From the IMG/VR virus record IMGVR_UViG_2698536484_000025: DNA of 37,558 nucleotides, one strand, 5' to 3'. The DNA is from a virus. Taxonomy: Duplodnaviria > Heunggongvirae > Uroviricota > Caudoviricetes. This document shows, piece by piece, positions 1 through 8,318 of this stretch. A program made the position numbers and the translations under genes. Within the stretch, counting starts at the first letter, position 1. Each line of letters opens with the position of its first letter. Below the pieces are notes generated by a model. The model did no database searches. It had not been told where the DNA came from and saw nothing but the letters and a program-made list of their open reading frames with translations.

Positions 1-1065
1 AATTCACTGTCGGCGAAGGTAAGTTGATGACTCATGATGAACCCTGTTCCATGGCTCCAGATGACAAACATGATCTCATATCAGGGACTTGTTCGCACCT
101 TCCTTAGATGAGATCATATTTGGCAAAAGCCAAACATACAGAACCAGTGACACAATCAAACAGAGGACGGCATAAATATATAACCGCACCCATAGCGTTC
201 GACATTTGTTCGGATTGTTCTGCATCCTCTCACTCCATTATTTAACGAATAAAAAAGCTGCGGTGCCGGGTGCCTCCCGGTGTCCTTTGGCTGGTTATCC
301 ACCGTGGACGGGGAAACAAGGAGAAATGAATGGACTGATATAACCATTTCCCCGCGTGCGCTTAGCCGCATTCACCGCAACGGAAAGAGCATTCTTGGTG
401 GACCTGTAGATTGGGATATGAACCCGTTACAGGAGAATGCTCTTACCTGTTACGTGCTCCGTTTCGTGGAGCTAACGGCGGGTGATCAGACCGCACCAGA
501 CTGGACTTATTTCAGCGTTATGCTCATGCCAGAGAATCAAACTGTGATGGTCGGTGCTGAACTCCGACACAGGGTTGTAGCAAGCCCCGCAAAGCGCGCA
601 CTACTGTAGTTGCGGCACATCAGCCTGTGCATTCACCACAATGTTGAGAACACTGGTTGTCACGCTGCAACGCAACATTTATTCGTAGATTGGGATATGA
701 CCCCGTTACGCCAGTGTTCTCAACGTTGTAGTGCCGGTTACGGTTCCGGCCAGGCCTCTTCCTCAACGGGGTGTTCTCCATACGGACTACCGTTTATTGG
801 TCGTTCCTGCGGTTTATGTTGTGAAGCCAGATGCTTATCTTCTGGTTGCTTCAAAGAGCTGCACTTCATCACAACGGTAAGAGCACTCGATGCATTTAAG
901 CCAAGCCCCATAAGGGAGAATGCCCTTACCTGTTGTGTTGTGATGACCGGTGCTGATCTCCGGCTTGCGGTTATTTCAGACTCTCACGGGCGTTTATTTG
1001 CCCCGCCGAACAGCTCTTTTCCGCAATAGCTGCAATGTCTTTCGCGCATCAGCCTGCGCATTCAT

Positions 1066-1153
1066 CACAACGGTAAGGGTACTTCGTAGGGATTCGAACC
1101 CTCTGCCAAGCACGGCGATCTCCGACGTCACAAAATACCCTTACCTGTTGTGT
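1066..1153 (-). other. tRNA-like remnant: T-arm-like hairpin enclosed by a 16-bp inverted repeat
   Basis: Plus strand 1088-1100 gggattcgaaccc is the complement of a tRNA T-arm (GGGTTCGAATCCC), but no complementary acceptor 5' strand exists. Flanked by inverted repeat cacaacggtaagggta (1066-1081) / tacccttacctgttgtg (1137-1153). Confidence 0.3.
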
Positions 1154-1229
1154 TGGTGCCGGTTAACGGACTCGAACCGCTGACATCCTGCTTACAAGGC
1201 AGGCGCTCTACCAACTGAGCTAAACCGGC
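1154..1229 (-). tRNA. tRNA-Thr, anticodon UGU, CCA encoded
   Basis: Minus strand folds as GCCGGTT-TA-GCTC-AGTTGGTA-GAGC-G-CCTGC-CTTGTAA-GCAGG-ATGTC-AGCGG-TTCGAGT-CCGTT-AACCGGC-A-CCA; 7-bp acceptor stem, anticodon loop CU-UGU-AA. Confidence 0.85.
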
Positions 1230-1233
1230 AATT

Positions 1234-1320
1234 TGGTGGGGAGTGATGGAGTCGAACCACCCGAGTCGCAATGACAGTAGATTTACAGTCTACCCCGCTA
1301 CCCCTACGGACTAACTCCCC
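1234..1320 (-). tRNA. class II tRNA with long variable arm, anticodon GUA (Tyr-type), CCA encoded
   Basis: Minus strand GGGGAGT...GTAGA-CTGTAAA-TCTAC-(15-nt variable arm TGTCATTGCGACTCG)-GGTGG-TTCGACT-CCATC-ACTCCCC-A-CCA. Acceptor stem perfect; D-arm slightly non-canonical (3-4 extra nt before D-stem). Confidence 0.7.
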
Positions 1321-1325
1321 TAAAT

Positions 1326-1402
1326 TGGCGATGGTGGGTGGATTCGAACCACCGACCGACAGCTTAGAAGGCTGCTGCTCTATCCTACTGAGCTACACCA
1401 CC
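1326..1402 (-). tRNA. tRNA-Arg, anticodon UCU (reads AGA), CCA encoded
   Basis: Minus strand GGTGGTG-TA-GCTC-AGTAGGATA-GAGC-A-GCAGC-CTTCTAA-GCTGT-CGGTC-GGTGG-TTCGAAT-CCACC-CACCATC-G-CCA; canonical cloverleaf. Confidence 0.8.
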
Positions 1403-1591
1403 ACTGTGCCGGGTACGTCTCCGGCGAGGGCTTCCACCTCCGTATGCTTTTCGGCGCACCGCGCCCTGGCTGCAATTCAGTAACAGGGGATGCATAACCC
1501 TGGCTTCCAGCGTGATTAGCGCCTTCAGCATGACGGGATATACCCGTAACCAACAAACTTTCCCATATACCATCAAGCAATGGCTGTTACG

Positions 1592-1692
1592 CGGGAGGGA
1601 CGTAACAGGTAAGGGCGCTGACCAGAAAGACCTGACCCTTCTCATTCATCTGGTTAATCACACCAGCGCCCTTACCTGTTGTGCCTCCCCGT
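1592..1692. other. structured element: 17-bp perfect inverted repeat enclosing an inner 6-bp hairpin, carries the conserved motif CCCTTACCTGTTGTG
   Basis: aacaggtaagggcgctg (1600-1616) pairs with cagcgcccttacctgtt (1663-1679); inner hairpin accaga/tctggt; outer gggaggg/cctcccc partial pairing. Confidence 0.3.
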
Positions 1693-2065
1693 TCCCTAAT
1701 ACACAGACGGGGACACTCTGCGGTCGATTTTTTTGACGGGGGACGACTCATACCCCGTGGCATCTGGTTTCTTAGGCCGCTACCATCATCAGATCATCGT
1801 TTGCATTTACTTTAATGGTCAGTTTCTAAACCGCCGCAAAGTCGCTAACCATGACGAAAACCCTGAAAAAAACGCCCACCCGAAGATGGGCAAACTGGAA
1901 GCTCGTAACGCACTTCGGCGTTGCCACTTAGGCGCATGGTCAACCTGGCAACTCGGTGGTTTGTCTGGGAGGACTAGGCCCAGCCATGCTTACCGCCGCG
2001 CCTGTCGCGGCTAACAGCTAAATCGCTCTATAAATCACGATTCATTGAGGCGATATTACACTGAT

Positions 2066-2082
2066 AAATTTATTAGAGCAAT
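2066..2082 (-). promoter_or_regulatory. C1 repressor operator (17/17 match to consensus ATTGCTCTAATAAATTT on minus strand)
   Basis: Plus strand aaatttattagagcaat at 2066-2082, overlapping the dmt stop codon. Consensus is from memory of P1 C1 operators. Confidence 0.6.
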
Positions 2083-4091
2083 ATACCCAAAACGTCATGA
2101 GCTACACCTCGAGTGTCCCCCTTACAAGACACAGAACGTCTGGCAAAAAGATGTTCCACTCTGAAGCCACTGTCATGATAAAGCTCTCTGATGTTTGGCG
2201 CGCCACTGTTAGTAATGAGAACCTTTGCACCTCGACGATGAGCATCCGTCAACAGAGACACCAGGCGTTTTTGCTCTTCAAACTTAAAGTCATGACCGGA
2301 ATAGTTCGTGAATCCCTCTGTATTTGGAAGCGGTTCATACGGCGGATCGCAAAAGATGACATCTCCTTCTCCGGCAGCTTCAATCACCGCTGCAAAATCA
2401 CCGCATACAAACTCAGACCGCCCTTCCGCACCGAGGAAGGCTTCCATCTCCTGTAATGGGAAATACGGAGTTTTATACTTCCCATAACCGACATTGAACT
2501 CACCGGCCTGGTTGTAACGCGTCAATCCGTTAAAACAATGTCGGTTCAGGAACAAAAACGCCGCTGCGCGATGTAAATCATCATAGACTTGTTTGTTAAA
2601 CGCATTCCGTACTGCCAGGAATCCCTCCTGGGTGTTGTAGTCCTGGAAGAACCGATGTGCCAGAGTGATAAGTGAATGCGCCTCGCGTTGCAGAGTCTTG
2701 TAAAAGTTAATCAGGTCAGCATTCACATCATTTAGCAGATTTTCCTGGTATCCGGCATTCATGAAGACAGCTCCACCACCGACGAAAGGTTCAATCAGGC
2801 GCTTCCCTTCTGGCAAATAGCGAAAGATTTGTTCCAGAACACCAAATTTTCCACCAGCCCATTTGAATATGGACCGTTCGAATTCTGCCGCTGGTTTAAC
2901 TTTTCGCTCTTTTGTTTCACGCCCTTCATTCTGCCGACATGCAGCCTTGGTTATCCGCTCGCCAATCCAGCGCATTACTGGTATCGCCATACTATTGCCG
3001 ATCGCTTTGTAACGCGGTCCGTCAGCTGCAAGCATTGCAGCCTCTTCTTCGTTCAAATCAGGAGAGTTTTTGCGAAGGTATGCCAGTTCATCTGAAGAAA
3101 CTTTTTTACGCTTTTCCGTAGGGATCAATGTATGTCCATCAGGAAAACCTTGCAGCCTTTCACATTCGACAGGGGTAAGACGGCGCATTCTACCGTCGCC
3201 GAGCAATACAATTGGTGCTTCATGGTTACATGTCAAAGTTGGTGCCGAATTATCGGTTTTTATCTCAGCCCCTCCTTGCCCATGTGCCATGGCAACTATG
3301 TTTGTATCATCGCAAGATCTGATAGCGATGTCTGAAGTATATCTGGTAGTTTCCTTCCCCTCGCCTCTGCTCGGCGCAATATTCCGGCGCACGCCTTCGA
3401 ACTCAAAAAGTACCGTTGCGGGATCGAGGTCTGTTCGAGCACTTGCGACAACAAACACGCGTCGGCGTCGTTGTGCCACTCCGAAGTATTGGGCATCAAG
3501 GATTCTCCAGGCCACCTTTCGCTGCGGTCCATAAATACAACCACACTGCGGCCACTTTGGAACATGGCAACCGGTTTTGCCATCCCACCGCCAGAACGCG
3601 TTGCTTTTTCCTGATTCAGGTCGATCACCTGGTTCAAATGGCACATCTTCTCCAGCCAATCCAGCAAGGAAACATCCGAAGGCGTTATCTGCCGATGACA
3701 AGACTCCTGGGACATTTTCCCAGACGATAACGGCTGGTTTGAGAAATGACTCAGCCCGTTTGTCGTCAATTGCATTTGCAAGCTCCACATACTTTAAAGT
3801 TAGCGCGCCACGCTCATCATCAAGCCCACCACGTAATCCCGCGATACTGAATGCCTGACAAGGTGTTCCCCCGACGAGCACATCAGGGGATTCGATTTCC
3901 CCAGCCAGGACTTTTTTGGCAAGTTTTGTCATGTCGCCAAGGTTGGCGACATGGGGCCAGCGGTGCGCAAGAACGGCAGATGGAAAAGACTCGATTTCAG
4001 CAAACCACACCGGACGCATACCCAACGGTTCCCAGGCAATACTCGCGGCTTCAATTCCACTGCAAACAGATCCATAGCACAGCTCTTTCAC
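2073..4091 (-). CDS. dmt: bifunctional DNA methyltransferase: N-terminal C5-cytosine MTase fused to C-terminal Dam-like N6-adenine MTase
   Basis: 672-aa ORF. N-terminal half has C5-MTase motifs ([10 protein letters not shown] motif [16 protein letters not shown] motif IV, ENVPG motif [11 protein letters not shown] motif [17 protein letters not shown]). C-terminal half has Dam motifs FKWAGGK and DPPY. GTG start overlaps the hrdC stop (GTGA). Confidence 0.9.
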   Translation of the reverse strand: MKELCYGSVCSGIEAASIAWEPLGMRPVWFAEIESFPSAVLAHRWPHVANLGDMTKLAKKVLAGEIESPDVLVGGTPCQAFSIAGLRGGLDDERGALTLKYVELANAIDDKRAESFLKPAVIVWENVPGVLSSADNAFGCFLAGLAGEDVPFEPGDRPESGKSNAFWRWDGKTGCHVPKWPQCGCIYGPQRKVAWRILDAQYFGVAQRRRRVFVVASARTDLDPATVLFEFEGVRRNIAPSRGEGKETTRYTSDIAIRSCDDTNIVAMAHGQGGAEIKTDNSAPTLTCNHEAPIVLLGDGRMRRLTPVECERLQGFPDGHTLIPTEKRKKVSSDELAYLRKNSPDLNEEEAAMLAADGPRYKAIGNSMAIPVMRWIGERITKAACRQNEGRETKERKVKPAAEFERSIFKWAGGKFGVLEQIFRYLPEGKRLIEPFVGGGAVFMNAGYQENLLNDVNADLINFYKTLQREAHSLITLAHRFFQDYNTQEGFLAVRNAFNKQVYDDLHRAAAFLFLNRHCFNGLTRYNQAGEFNVGYGKYKTPYFPLQEMEAFLGAEGRSEFVCGDFAAVIEAAGEGDVIFCDPPYEPLPNTEGFTNYSGHDFKFEEQKRLVSLLTDAHRRGAKVLITNSGAPNIRELYHDSGFRVEHLFARRSVSCKGDTRGVAHDVLGILL

Positions 4092-4993
4092 TGCTTAGCC
4101 TCTCCACCAAGGGCATTTACCAGAGCATCAACCAGGCACGAAATTTCACTGGTCAACAGGAAGAAATCTGCGTCCAGTCGCTGCGCAACATCTTCACTAT
4201 CAATATCAGAGTTCTGCTCAAGCAATTCATCCGCAAATTTGACGCTGGTAAGGCTGAAGTTATGGTCCAGTGTAAATTTAATGCGGTTCTGCCAGTCGAG
4301 TGCCAACTTAGTGACGAGCTTGCCAGCTTCCAGGTGTGTGGATATTTCATCACTTCCCAAGTCCTGCTTTTTCACTCGGGCAATACCGCCATCCTCAAGC
4401 ACTGCCTTAAGTTCTGCCGCATCCCCCATTTGAAATCCCTGTGGAGCACTACCATCACGTACCCAGTCGGTCAGCGTTAATTCAATGGGATTTTCAACAC
4501 TCAGGGGAACAACAGGAAGAGAACCCAGAGACTTACGCATAAGCGCGAGCATATCCTCTGCCTGCCGCGCGCTGGCATTGATATAGATACGTTTAGTTGA
4601 ACCGTCGTAGATCGCCTGGATAACAGAAAACTTTGAAAAAGCCCGTGGCAGAAGAGAATGCAGAACTTCGTCTTTCAGGGAGTCCTTCTCTGTTTTCTTC
4701 AGTTTACGCGCTTGTTCTTGCTCAAGTTTTTCAATTTTTTCTTGAATAGCTCGCTGGATAACCGGCGGGGGAAGAATTTTTGTTTCGCGCTTTGCTTCAA
4801 CAAGGATAAAACCATTTCCATGCATAGCGATAACTTCGGAATTATCACCAAATGGAGATACAAAACCGAACTTGGCCATATCCTGACTACCGCATGGCGT
4901 GAAAAGGATCATTTTCTTTTTATCTTCTAAGTCGGTCAGATCCGCCTCACGAGAAAGTTTATAAATAGTAATGTTTTTCCAGTGCTTAAACAT
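4088..4993 (-). CDS. hrdC: RdgC-like recombination-associated protein (homolog of RdgC)
   Basis: About 301 aa from ATG at 4993 ([13 protein letters not shown], RdgC-like N-terminus) with SD AGGG 8 nt upstream. Track ORF extends to 5107 but the upstream extension lacks an RBS. Confidence 0.8.
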   Translation of the reverse strand: MFKHWKNITIYKLSREADLTDLEDKKKMILFTPCGSQDMAKFGFVSPFGDNSEVIAMHGNGFILVEAKRETKILPPPVIQRAIQEKIEKLEQEQARKLKKTEKDSLKDEVLHSLLPRAFSKFSVIQAIYDGSTKRIYINASARQAEDMLALMRKSLGSLPVVPLSVENPIELTLTDWVRDGSAPQGFQMGDAAELKAVLEDGGIARVKKQDLGSDEISTHLEAGKLVTKLALDWQNRIKFTLDHNFSLTSVKFADELLEQNSDIDSEDVAQRLDADFFLLTSEISCLVDALVNALGGEAKQ

Positions 4994-5270
4994 GTTGTAA
5001 CCCTTGAATATCAACCACAGAAAGCTCGTCTTTGTAGAAAAAGGCCAGGTTGTGGCACCCCCTCGTTTGAGCGTATGAGCTGGGACCAATTTCGTTCTTC
5101 CAGACAAATGGCTTCAAATCCGTACGGCGAAGCATAAAAACGCGATTTGTTCCGCTCTGATTCCCAATGAGGCAAAAGCCTTCTTTCACCTTGATAGCCT
5201 GCAAGTTGTCGAGTTCACCGCTGGTTACACGGCTATCGAACTCCTTGCGGCTTATTAGCTCCATCTGCAT
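4986..5270 (-). CDS. small hypothetical protein upstream of hrdC (P1 uhr position)
   Basis: Minus ORF; preferred start ATG at 5270 ([11 protein letters not shown]) preceded by GGAG 7 nt upstream. Alternative starts ATG 5333 or TTG 5342 lack SD. Stop overlaps hrdC start. Confidence 0.5.
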   Translation of the reverse strand: MQMELISRKEFDSRVTSGELDNLQAIKVKEGFCLIGNQSGTNRVFMLRRTDLKPFVWKNEIGPSSYAQTRGCHNLAFFYKDELSVVDIQGLQHV

Positions 5271-5341
5271 CTGACGACTCCAAACAAATGCCCATTGAAG
5301 GGCGATGGCTGAATGGTACCGAAAACACGACATAAAAAACA

Positions 5342-5358
5342 ATATTTATTAGAGCAAT
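5342..5358 (-). promoter_or_regulatory. C1 operator-like site (16/17) in divergent intergenic region
   Basis: Plus strand atatttattagagcaat at 5342-5358, between the minus-strand uhr/hrdC/dmt operon and the plus-strand genes starting at 5440. Confidence 0.5.
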
Positions 5359-5439
5359 TTTGCAATAAGTAAACGCCACACAGACCACAAATAACCTAAG
5401 TTAAAATAACGAAAATCAGAGCAAATCATTGGTGATGAC

Positions 5440-5724
5440 GTGGCAAGTATTGCAACAAAAGACAGCATTTGTTCGGGGCACGGAGGATTCCCATCCAGGC
5501 CTCCCGTAGAGAGCGAACCACTACTTAAAGTCAACGGAGTCGAAGTGTTAGTTGATGGTAAGCAATATGCACAGCATACCGATGGGAACAGCACGCACGG
5601 CGGGCAAGCTATATCAACCAGGGCATGGTTTACCGTCAACGGGAAAGGGGTCGTATGCGTTGGTGATCCTGTTTCATGCGGCTCTACCGTTGCAGCCGGA
5701 GACGGCCTGGTTCAGGTAAGTTAG
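5440..5724 (+). CDS. small Gly/Cys-containing protein with PAAR-like repeats (P1 upfC position)
   Basis: 94 aa, GTG start. Motifs CSGHGG, VNGxxV, GDPVSCGST resemble PAAR-repeat proteins; assignment is by eye only. Confidence 0.55.
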   Translation: MASIATKDSICSGHGGFPSRPPVESEPLLKVNGVEVLVDGKQYAQHTDGNSTHGGQAISTRAWFTVNGKGVVCVGDPVSCGSTVAAGDGLVQVS

Positions 5725-5732
5725 GAGATATC

Positions 5733-6521
5733 ATGCTGGAAAAAGACTACCAGTTATCCGCATATAAAAAATTGGCCGCCGCCGGTGGGATGAAAACACC
5801 TGGTGCCATAACATCGGCACGAAACAGTGCTAACACAGCAAAACTGCTTGCAGAAGAATTGACCGGATTAATTCTGGATACAATTGTCTATCCCGACACT
5901 ATTACCAGCTATGTTTCAACGATCAGAACAACCGCAACCGGTTTAACGAATATTGGAGGGCTGGCAACTCAGCACGCGGACCTGTTGGCTGGTTATGCTG
6001 ATCTGTCAATGCTCCTTCAACTCGATATTGGTTGGGATGTTTACTGTCGTGCTAATGAGCGAGAAGTTTCAGAACTGCCGATCTCTATTGCCATTGGTGA
6101 TGTGACTATTACTAAATCGCTTGAGGACGCTGTAAACGAGCTTAATACATCAAGTTTAGTCGCTGCTATGGGGGAGATTAACCAGACCCTTAACACTGGC
6201 TCAGGAAGCTCGTCAGGCTCTGGTTCAGGCGGCGGCACTGCCACTCCCCCACCAGCACTAACAGAAGAGCAAATTGAATCTCTGAAAGTAGCAACTGAAC
6301 AGTTTGGGGTTGTTTTCAACCAGACAACAGCGCCCACAACTGCGTTACAACAGCAGTATGAACGAGCGAATGAAAGCGCCAACGTAGCCATAACTGCTTA
6401 TAACCATGCTATCGGTACCGCGCTTGCGGAAGCATCAGCAAATAAGGTCAGCACAGCCAGCGCAGTTGCCGCTTTGGTTCCTGATTCTGTTCTTGATGAA
6501 TTAAACAAAGCGGCACAGTAA
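5733..6521 (+). CDS. hypothetical protein with Gly/Ser-rich linker (P1 upfB position)
   Basis: ATG at 5733 with AGGAG 5 nt upstream. About 262 aa, contains GSGSSSGSGSGGG low-complexity linker; Ala/Thr-rich. Confidence 0.7.
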   Translation: MLEKDYQLSAYKKLAAAGGMKTPGAITSARNSANTAKLLAEELTGLILDTIVYPDTITSYVSTIRTTATGLTNIGGLATQHADLLAGYADLSMLLQLDIGWDVYCRANEREVSELPISIAIGDVTITKSLEDAVNELNTSSLVAAMGEINQTLNTGSGSSSGSGSGGGTATPPPALTEEQIESLKVATEQFGVVFNQTTAPTTALQQQYERANESANVAITAYNHAIGTALAEASANKVSTASAVAALVPDSVLDELNKAAQ

Positions 6522-6560
6522 CAAAGGACTTCATTGATAATTTTTCTTCAGGAGGAAGAC

Positions 6561-6983
6561 ATGTCATTCTTTTCTACGTTAAAAACAGCTTTGTCTTTGA
6601 AGGAGAAACTTGCTGCTACTGGTGTTCTTGTTCTGATTTGCGCACTTGTTGGTGCTGGGTTTGCATGGGAACGTCATCAGCTAAAGCAAGCCATGGAGAA
6701 AATTGGCAGTCTTGATCAGGCTGTTAAGGAACGTGATAAGTCAATAATGGATCTTAACCAGACCATTGAGACGATGAACAAAGCAGAGCAACATTTTCAC
6801 AGCCAGGAAGTGAAAAATGAATCAGAACAAGCCAAATATGCTGACAGGCAAATGGAACGAAAAGCTGAAGTTCAGAAACAACTGGTTGCGGCGGGTAATG
6901 TTCGCCAGCGCATTCCTGCTGACACTCAGCGGTTGCTCCGGGAGTCGATCAGCGAATTTAACGCCGACGCCGACAAAGGTTAA
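6561..6983 (+). CDS. N-terminal TM plus coiled-coil protein; candidate i-spanin (Rz-like) (P1 ppfA position)
   Basis: ATG 6561 with GGAGG 5 nt upstream. 140 aa: TM helix LAATGVLVLICALVGAGFAW followed by a charged coiled-coil region, the architecture of Rz-type inner-membrane spanins. Confidence 0.7.
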   Translation: MSFFSTLKTALSLKEKLAATGVLVLICALVGAGFAWERHQLKQAMEKIGSLDQAVKERDKSIMDLNQTIETMNKAEQHFHSQEVKNESEQAKYADRQMERKAEVQKQLVAAGNVRQRIPADTQRLLRESISEFNADADKG

Positions 6984-7149
6984 CCACCCTGCCCCCAAAA
7001 GTGCATTTATGTGCAGAATGCCAGAGTTTAGCAGTGAATATTTTGATGATCTGCCAGCGTATATCCTCGATACAGAAACGATGCTGAAGGGGATTAACAG
7101 GAAGAATCGCAACGTTAATGATTACAACCGTGCTATCAGCGGTAACTAA
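6817..7149 (+). CDS. lipoprotein with lipobox LSGC, overlapping the 3' end of the preceding gene in another frame; candidate o-spanin (P1 mlp position)
   Basis: ORF contains FASAFLLTLSGCSGS (lipobox L-S-G-C) followed by a Pro-rich segment. Possible starts ATG 6817 (SD GGAAG), 6838 or 6898; start uncertain. Confidence 0.6.
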   Translation: MNQNKPNMLTGKWNEKLKFRNNWLRRVMFASAFLLTLSGCSGSRSANLTPTPTKVNHPAPKSAFMCRMPEFSSEYFDDLPAYILDTETMLKGINRKNRNVNDYNRAISGN

Positions 7150-7160
7150 AAGGAAAAACT

Positions 7161-7520
7161 ATGTCCGATATGGAAATTGAAAAAGAGATTCTGGCCAAAG
7201 GCAAAACAGCACCACGCCTGACTCCTGATCACATCGAGAGTGTGATTGCCGAAGAGCATTATTTCACAGCTTTTGACGGCATTCGCGCTGCGCACGAAGG
7301 CGTTCGTGAGGTGCTGTCTGTTCATCCCTCTACGCGTAGCCTGACCATCTGTGTCTTGGTGCTGTGCAATGGATTCATTGTTACCGGGGAAAGCGCCTGT
7401 GCCAGCCCTGAAAATTTCGACGCGGAGATTAGCCGTAAGGTGGCCCGTAAGAACGCCATTGAGAAAATCTGGCCGCTGGAAGGTTATCTGCTGAAGCAAA
7501 AGCTCAGCGAGCAGATTTAA
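7161..7520 (+). CDS. hypothetical protein
   Basis: 119 aa; ATG 7161 with AAGGAAAA upstream. No recognisable domain by eye. Confidence 0.65.
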   Translation: MSDMEIEKEILAKGKTAPRLTPDHIESVIAEEHYFTAFDGIRAAHEGVREVLSVHPSTRSLTICVLVLCNGFIVTGESACASPENFDAEISRKVARKNAIEKIWPLEGYLLKQKLSEQI

Positions 7521-7590
7521 TCAACTGTAGAAATCGTAATATCAACACTCATGACTTTACTTTGGCAGGAAGCCACTAAGGACAAACAAC

Positions 7591-7992
7591 ATGTTTGCGG
7601 TTAAACAAGAAATAAACAACGCTACTTCTTTGTTCGAAATTGAGAGTATTACCGTTGGATATCCTGGGTCAGATCAATTTAAACAGGCGTTCGAGATTGC
7701 TGAAGAACTGGGTATCAAAACGCCTGATGCGATTGAATATATCCCTGTTGCGTACGAAGATGAGGAGATGACAAAGGCAATCGGGGAAGAGCAAACTTTG
7801 AGTACAGAGCGTAAGGATGTACAGCGGGATGACTGTATCGCCGTGATTTGCTCTGGGGTTGCTTCTGAAATGTTCCCCGACCTCCCTGCCATAGGAGGTG
7901 TTGGTTATCAATTCCTCTACAAAGGTGATACGTTACGCATCTATACAAGTAGTTTGTTGATCGAAGAAGTAGGTACGGAAAACGACAACTAA
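7591..7992 (+). CDS. hypothetical acidic protein
   Basis: 133 aa; ATG 7591 with AAGGA upstream; acidic. Confidence 0.65.
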   Translation: MFAVKQEINNATSLFEIESITVGYPGSDQFKQAFEIAEELGIKTPDAIEYIPVAYEDEEMTKAIGEEQTLSTERKDVQRDDCIAVICSGVASEMFPDLPAIGGVGYQFLYKGDTLRIYTSSLLIEEVGTENDN

Positions 7993-8041
7993 TTCGCTTC
8001 AACTCTTCACAGAAATCGGTCCTCAGTGGCCGGTTTTTCAC

Positions 8042-8125
8042 TTATCCACATTATCCACTGGGTAGATCCAATAATCAGGTCCATACAGATCCCAATTAGA
8101 TCCATATAGATCCCTGATCGTTGCA
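8042..8125. promoter_or_regulatory. oriR origin core: tandem DnaA boxes plus GATC-rich AT region
   Basis: ttatccaca (8042-8050) and ttatccact (8051-8059) are DnaA boxes. Five GATC sites within 8065-8119 in repeated agatcc heptamer-like units, as in the P1 plasmid origin. Confidence 0.8.
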
Positions 8126-8158
8126 GGCCGCGCCACGTCTGGCTTAGAAGTGTATCGC

Positions 8159-8262
8159 GATGTGTGCTGGAGGGAAAACGATGTGTGCTGACGGGATAAA
8201 AATGTGTGCTGACGGGTTGCTAATGTGTGCTGGCGGGATATAGGATGTGTGCTGACGGGAAA
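8159..8262 (+). repeat. incC: five direct RepA-binding iterons (about 19 bp, 21-bp spacing)
   Basis: Repeats of (g)ATGTGTGCTGGAGGGAAAA-type at about 8159, 8180, 8202, 8223 and 8244; overlap the repA promoter region. Confidence 0.9.
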
Positions 8263-8318
8263 GCCCGGGTAGTTATCACCGCTTATAAAAACTATCCACA
8301 TAATTCGGAAAAAGTAAT

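Noticed and set aside
1-35. Possible minus-strand gene start (MSHQLTFADSEF) running off the left edge
   Set aside because: Only 12 codons visible and weak RBS; insufficient to call.
326-343. Strong SD (AAGGAG) followed by a 5-codon mini-ORF (MNGLI)
   Set aside because: Could be a leader peptide but equally a chance occurrence; no supporting structure identified.
280-1029. Plus-strand ORFs of 109 and 139 aa
   Set aside because: They run through the repeated stem-loop and tRNA-fragment elements and lack convincing RBS; more likely non-coding. Left open as part of the repeat-element finding.
1733-2014. 93-aa plus-strand ORF between the tRNA cluster and dmt
   Set aside because: No Shine-Dalgarno, Arg/Gly-rich translation typical of a GC-rich out-of-frame read; cannot support it as a gene without homology evidence.
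3851-4480. 209-aa plus-strand ORF (and the overlapping 3951-4433 ORF)
   Set aside because: Antisense to the dmt/hrdC coding region; no start context.
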